This document shows positions 60,040-64,000 of a DNA stretch of 64,000 bases, piece after piece (the stretch's first letter is position 1; each line of letters starts with the position of its first letter). Where the stretch lies: the NCBI GenBank assembly GCA_039096225.1, contig JBBPEB010000034.1:1178001-1242000 (forward strand), read 5' to 3'. Both the position numbers and the translations under genes were made by a program. Source of the DNA: Blastocystis sp. Blastoise. Taxonomy: Eukaryota; Protista; Bigyra: Opalinata. The notes below the pieces were generated by a model, which saw only the letters and a program-made list of their open reading frames with translations, was not told where the DNA came from and searched no databases.

Positions 60040-63000
60040 AACCTGACTCATAGTGGTAGGAAGTATTTCAATATAGGGTTTATCTTCAAAGGATGTAGAA
60101 ATAGTAATAGTATATAGATCTCGATAAGAAGAAAGATGAAGAGGAGAATCTATTAGAAACTATATAAATATTAATTAATTATATATTATTATATATACAT
60201 GAATATGATTATTATTGAGAGTATAAGAATAGAGAAGAGGAGGAGAAGAAGTTAAATTGAATTGTTGATTTATAGGAATAGGACTATATATATAATAATA
60301 TTAATAAAAAAAATAAATATACATTTCATTATTATGAATATCTTTAACAATAACATCTAATTCTCTTCTTATTTCAGGTACAAATCCCATACTGAATGTT
60401 CCTGAATAGGTTGATGATAAAGAATACTTTAAACATGTGAATGTAGTAATTGTCACTGATGTATCCAATATAGGCATATTATTATATAATAATATAAACG
60501 TATAATTACGAGCAGTAGGAAGATGAGGTATAGTTGTATATAGATTAAAGAAAATAATAGTATTTAATTATTATTATTAATATATATATATATATAAAAG
60601 GATATTTATAAGTACCAGGTGATGTAGTTTCAACTATATACATGATTCCATCATAATAATCTTCATCTATATTGATCCTATATATATATATTTATATAAT
60701 AATAATAGGATACCATTTAAGATTAGATTGTTGACTCGTAATAATATGTTGATTTTCATCAAATATTTGAAATGAAAAGAATGGATCAGTTTCTAAATTG
60801 ACATTTAATATCGATGATACATGAAATTTAAGAGGAGACGTTAATCTATACAGATATTGAAAATAATAAAAAAAATATATATACATGAATAGAGAATAAG
60901 GAAGAGAAGATAGAGTAATAGGAATATCTTTAGAGAATAGACTATCCTGCTTATTTTGAAAGAATAGACGTATATATAAATAAGGATATTCTGATTCAGT
61001 AAGACCAATAATAGAAGACATTTCAACAATATAATGAATATGAATACTATAAAATAAATAATAAATAATAATATATATTAAATATATACGTATTATTGAG
61101 TATATGTTTATCTACAGTAAAAGGAGTATCTTCTAAAGTATCAGCTCGTCGAATATCTATATCAATATATTCTCCTTCATGATTATATATAGAAAAAGAA
61201 GGATCTTCTTTTGAATATCCACCTTCTTCAATATAATATGTAGCATTCAATGAATTAAAATATTCATCCTATTATAAATATATAATAATAAATATAATAA
61301 ATAAATACTTTTAAATTCATATAGATATCTCCACAAATAGAAATATTAGTAGAATCACAATAAGAAACAAATTCAATTCCAGTCCCATGAATATCAGTAT
61401 GAACAATATAAAGAGTACCAGGAACAACAGCTATTATAGATAATATATATATTATAAATATTAATATATTTACTTAGATAAGAATCATAGATATTTCCAG
61501 AAACTAATGTAATCAATGAAATCTTATGGAATCCTGATACTTTAGCAGGTATAGAACATGTACTAAGAAGACTTATTGAATCTGGATTCATAACATCATA
61601 ATAAGTATTTCGATCTATATAAAATTAAATTAAAATTATATATATATTATATATATACCTTCTACATAACTATAATCACATATTTTATATACACTTTGTA
61701 AATTAATTACTGAATTATTATATCTATAAATAATATATATATGAATAATAAAATAATTACATATCAAAGAATTTGATGTTTATAGGAATAATATCACCAG
61801 CAGTATAAAGAGAATCATGAGTTACTTGAATTGTAGATGTACTATATATATATATATAAGAGAATAATAATAAATAACATACATTTCAGTAGAAGGTATA
61901 GTAGTGATATTCCATTCTAAAGAGGACCAAATATTATCTTCAGATAAACAATCTATTTTCACAGTGATATTTCTAACTTTTGAAGGTAATTGAATAAATG
62001 TATAAAGAGGACAAATAGAAGTATATTGATATTCTTGTGTATATATATCAAGAGAAGGAGATGTTGAAAATGAATAAAAGGATTTCTGAGTATACTATAT
62101 ATAATAATATTATTATTAAATAAATAAATATATATATATACTTCTCCATCACCTTTAATATACACTTTATATTTATCTCTTCGATTATCTAAACAATATC
62201 CATCATCATATATATCTCTTGTATATATATACATATACGTTAATGTACCTGCAAAACTAATAGGACTGTAAAAAGTAGAATTAAGAAATATATATAATAT
62301 TATTATTGAGAGAATATAATATAAAATAAAATAAAAAGATATATAGATTTCAGTTTTCGAACAATCATTAGGACTAATTCTACTTTGAATAGTACAATAT
62401 ATATAAGAATTAATTGTATCAATATCTTCTTCTTCTTCTTTATTGAGAAGACGTACATATAAATGACCATTAGAAATCTCACGAAAGAAACGAATGGATA
62501 ATGTATATTGTGAAGTAGAATCCATAGTGATTCTATAACTAAAGAATTGATCGGATTCCCCTGGGAATAAAGGAATATCAAATCCTTCTGAAGATGTTAC
62601 ATATACTTTTATTATAAAATTATTCTGATTCACTAAATTATAATAACGATCTCTTACTACTAATGTAAACTATATATATTATTTTTATTATTATTATTAT
62701 TATATATATACATCAACACTTCTATATAAAGGAATAATTGAATAGATAGTAGAGATAGAAGAGTAGAGATAAGAAGGAACATCACTATATACTGATAATT
62801 GGAATGGAGTATTAATCACAGATAAACCATTCACACTATAGAAATATATTATTATAGATTTATATATATATATATACATCCATCTAAAATAAACAGATTC
62901 TGAAGTATAAGAAACAAATTGATATATTAATTTTTCATGTAATGGATCTATATATATAACAATAATAATAAATATATAAATACCTTCTTTTGAAGTAAAG

Positions 63001-64000
63001 AAATACGACTGATCTGTATTTAATAGAATTGTTCCTGTAAATAATGTTGTAGGAACTGTATTATTATATTCATCACGAAAATATATTTCAAAATCATCTA
63101 TATATATATATATATATATTATTAAATAAATAAAATAATAAATAAATATATACGAATAACACCAACAGTAGTAGTTCTATTTGGTGGTATAAAAATAGTA
63201 TTAGAAGGAAGAAGAGAACCATGAGTTACTGTCCATGCAGATAAAAATGGAGAATAATGAATAGGAATACCATCTACTGTTATATAAATATCATATATAG
63301 CTACATAGATAGCTTTTAAATATAAATAAAGAGAAGAAGAAGAAAGATAGGAGAAGGTATATGTAGGAAGAGATGGAACTATATATATATATAGAATAAT
63401 AAATAATATAATAATATAAATACCCTTTCGATCACTAATAAAAGTGACTTTAATTCGTTGTTCGAGATCGATATCTATAGGTATTTGTCCACATCGACTA
63501 TTAAGGAATAATTGAAGTGGATATATAGATCCTGCAGTACTCGTGAAGAAGAGAGGATATTCAGAAGTAGTAATAGTAGTAGAAGTTAAAGGAATCGTTG
63601 ATACTGTAGGAGATATCAATTGGATACCCTATTCAATATAATTATATTATTATTATAATTATTATATACTTTTTCGGGTGAAATAATTTCTAAATAATAT
63701 CCTGATGATAAATGAGAGACAGAATCCTATATATATAATAATAATAATGATTATATATAGAATGATACAAGATTGATATTGAGAGTATGTTTATTCGAGA
63801 GATAGAGATGAAGTTGATTATATCTGGAGATCAATTGTAGAGTTAATTGTCCATTATTATAGAAGGAATAGGATACTGAAGTGATTATAGAAGGAGATTT
63901 AATGGTAGCAGGAGTATCACCAGGTAAATATACTTGAAGAACTATATATTTATTATTATTAATATTATTATATATATATACTATTTTCATTAAAGAAGAA
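60040..64000 (-). CDS. Intron-dense gene for a filamin/Ig-like repeat protein; 5' part beyond the window, 3' end uncertain
   Basis: Many exons with RDxYxN-type motifs (EIYFRDEYNN, LVVRDRYYN, IYTRDIYDD) and IYITVDGIPIHYSPF, typical of filamin-type repeats. Confidence 0.65.

Overview
Very AT-rich, intron-rich eukaryotic DNA. Introns are short GT-AG and often inflated by (TA)n or (TAT)n. Gene families and 3'-end motifs suggest a Blastocystis-like stramenopile (inference). The flanks hold ordinary genes: three related secreted Cys-rich surface proteins, a BTB+TLDc protein, a GT-A-type glycosyltransferase, a UEV-like/pseudokinase fusion, an Asteroid/FAM120-type PIN protein, a lineage-specific BTB-like gene with a premature stop, and a filamin/Ig-repeat gene. 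The centre (21194-44703) is one 23.5-kb nested mobile-element complex flanked by an 8-bp target-site duplication (TTAGATAC). Its backbone is an apparently intact hAT transposon whose ~1-kb terminal inverted repeats contain the 5' exons of its own transposase. The right arm is interrupted twice: by a 16.2-kb MULE-like element (9-bp TSD) carrying decayed genes and opposed purine/pyrimidine tracts, and by a 2.7-kb non-autonomous Helitron. The Helitron sits inside a 43-nt intron that is precisely absent from the left arm. Three diverged tRNA-like cloverleaves with compensatory base changes and non-conserved anticodon loops lie in the Helitron and in the MULE cargo; these are the best candidate for an undescribed system.
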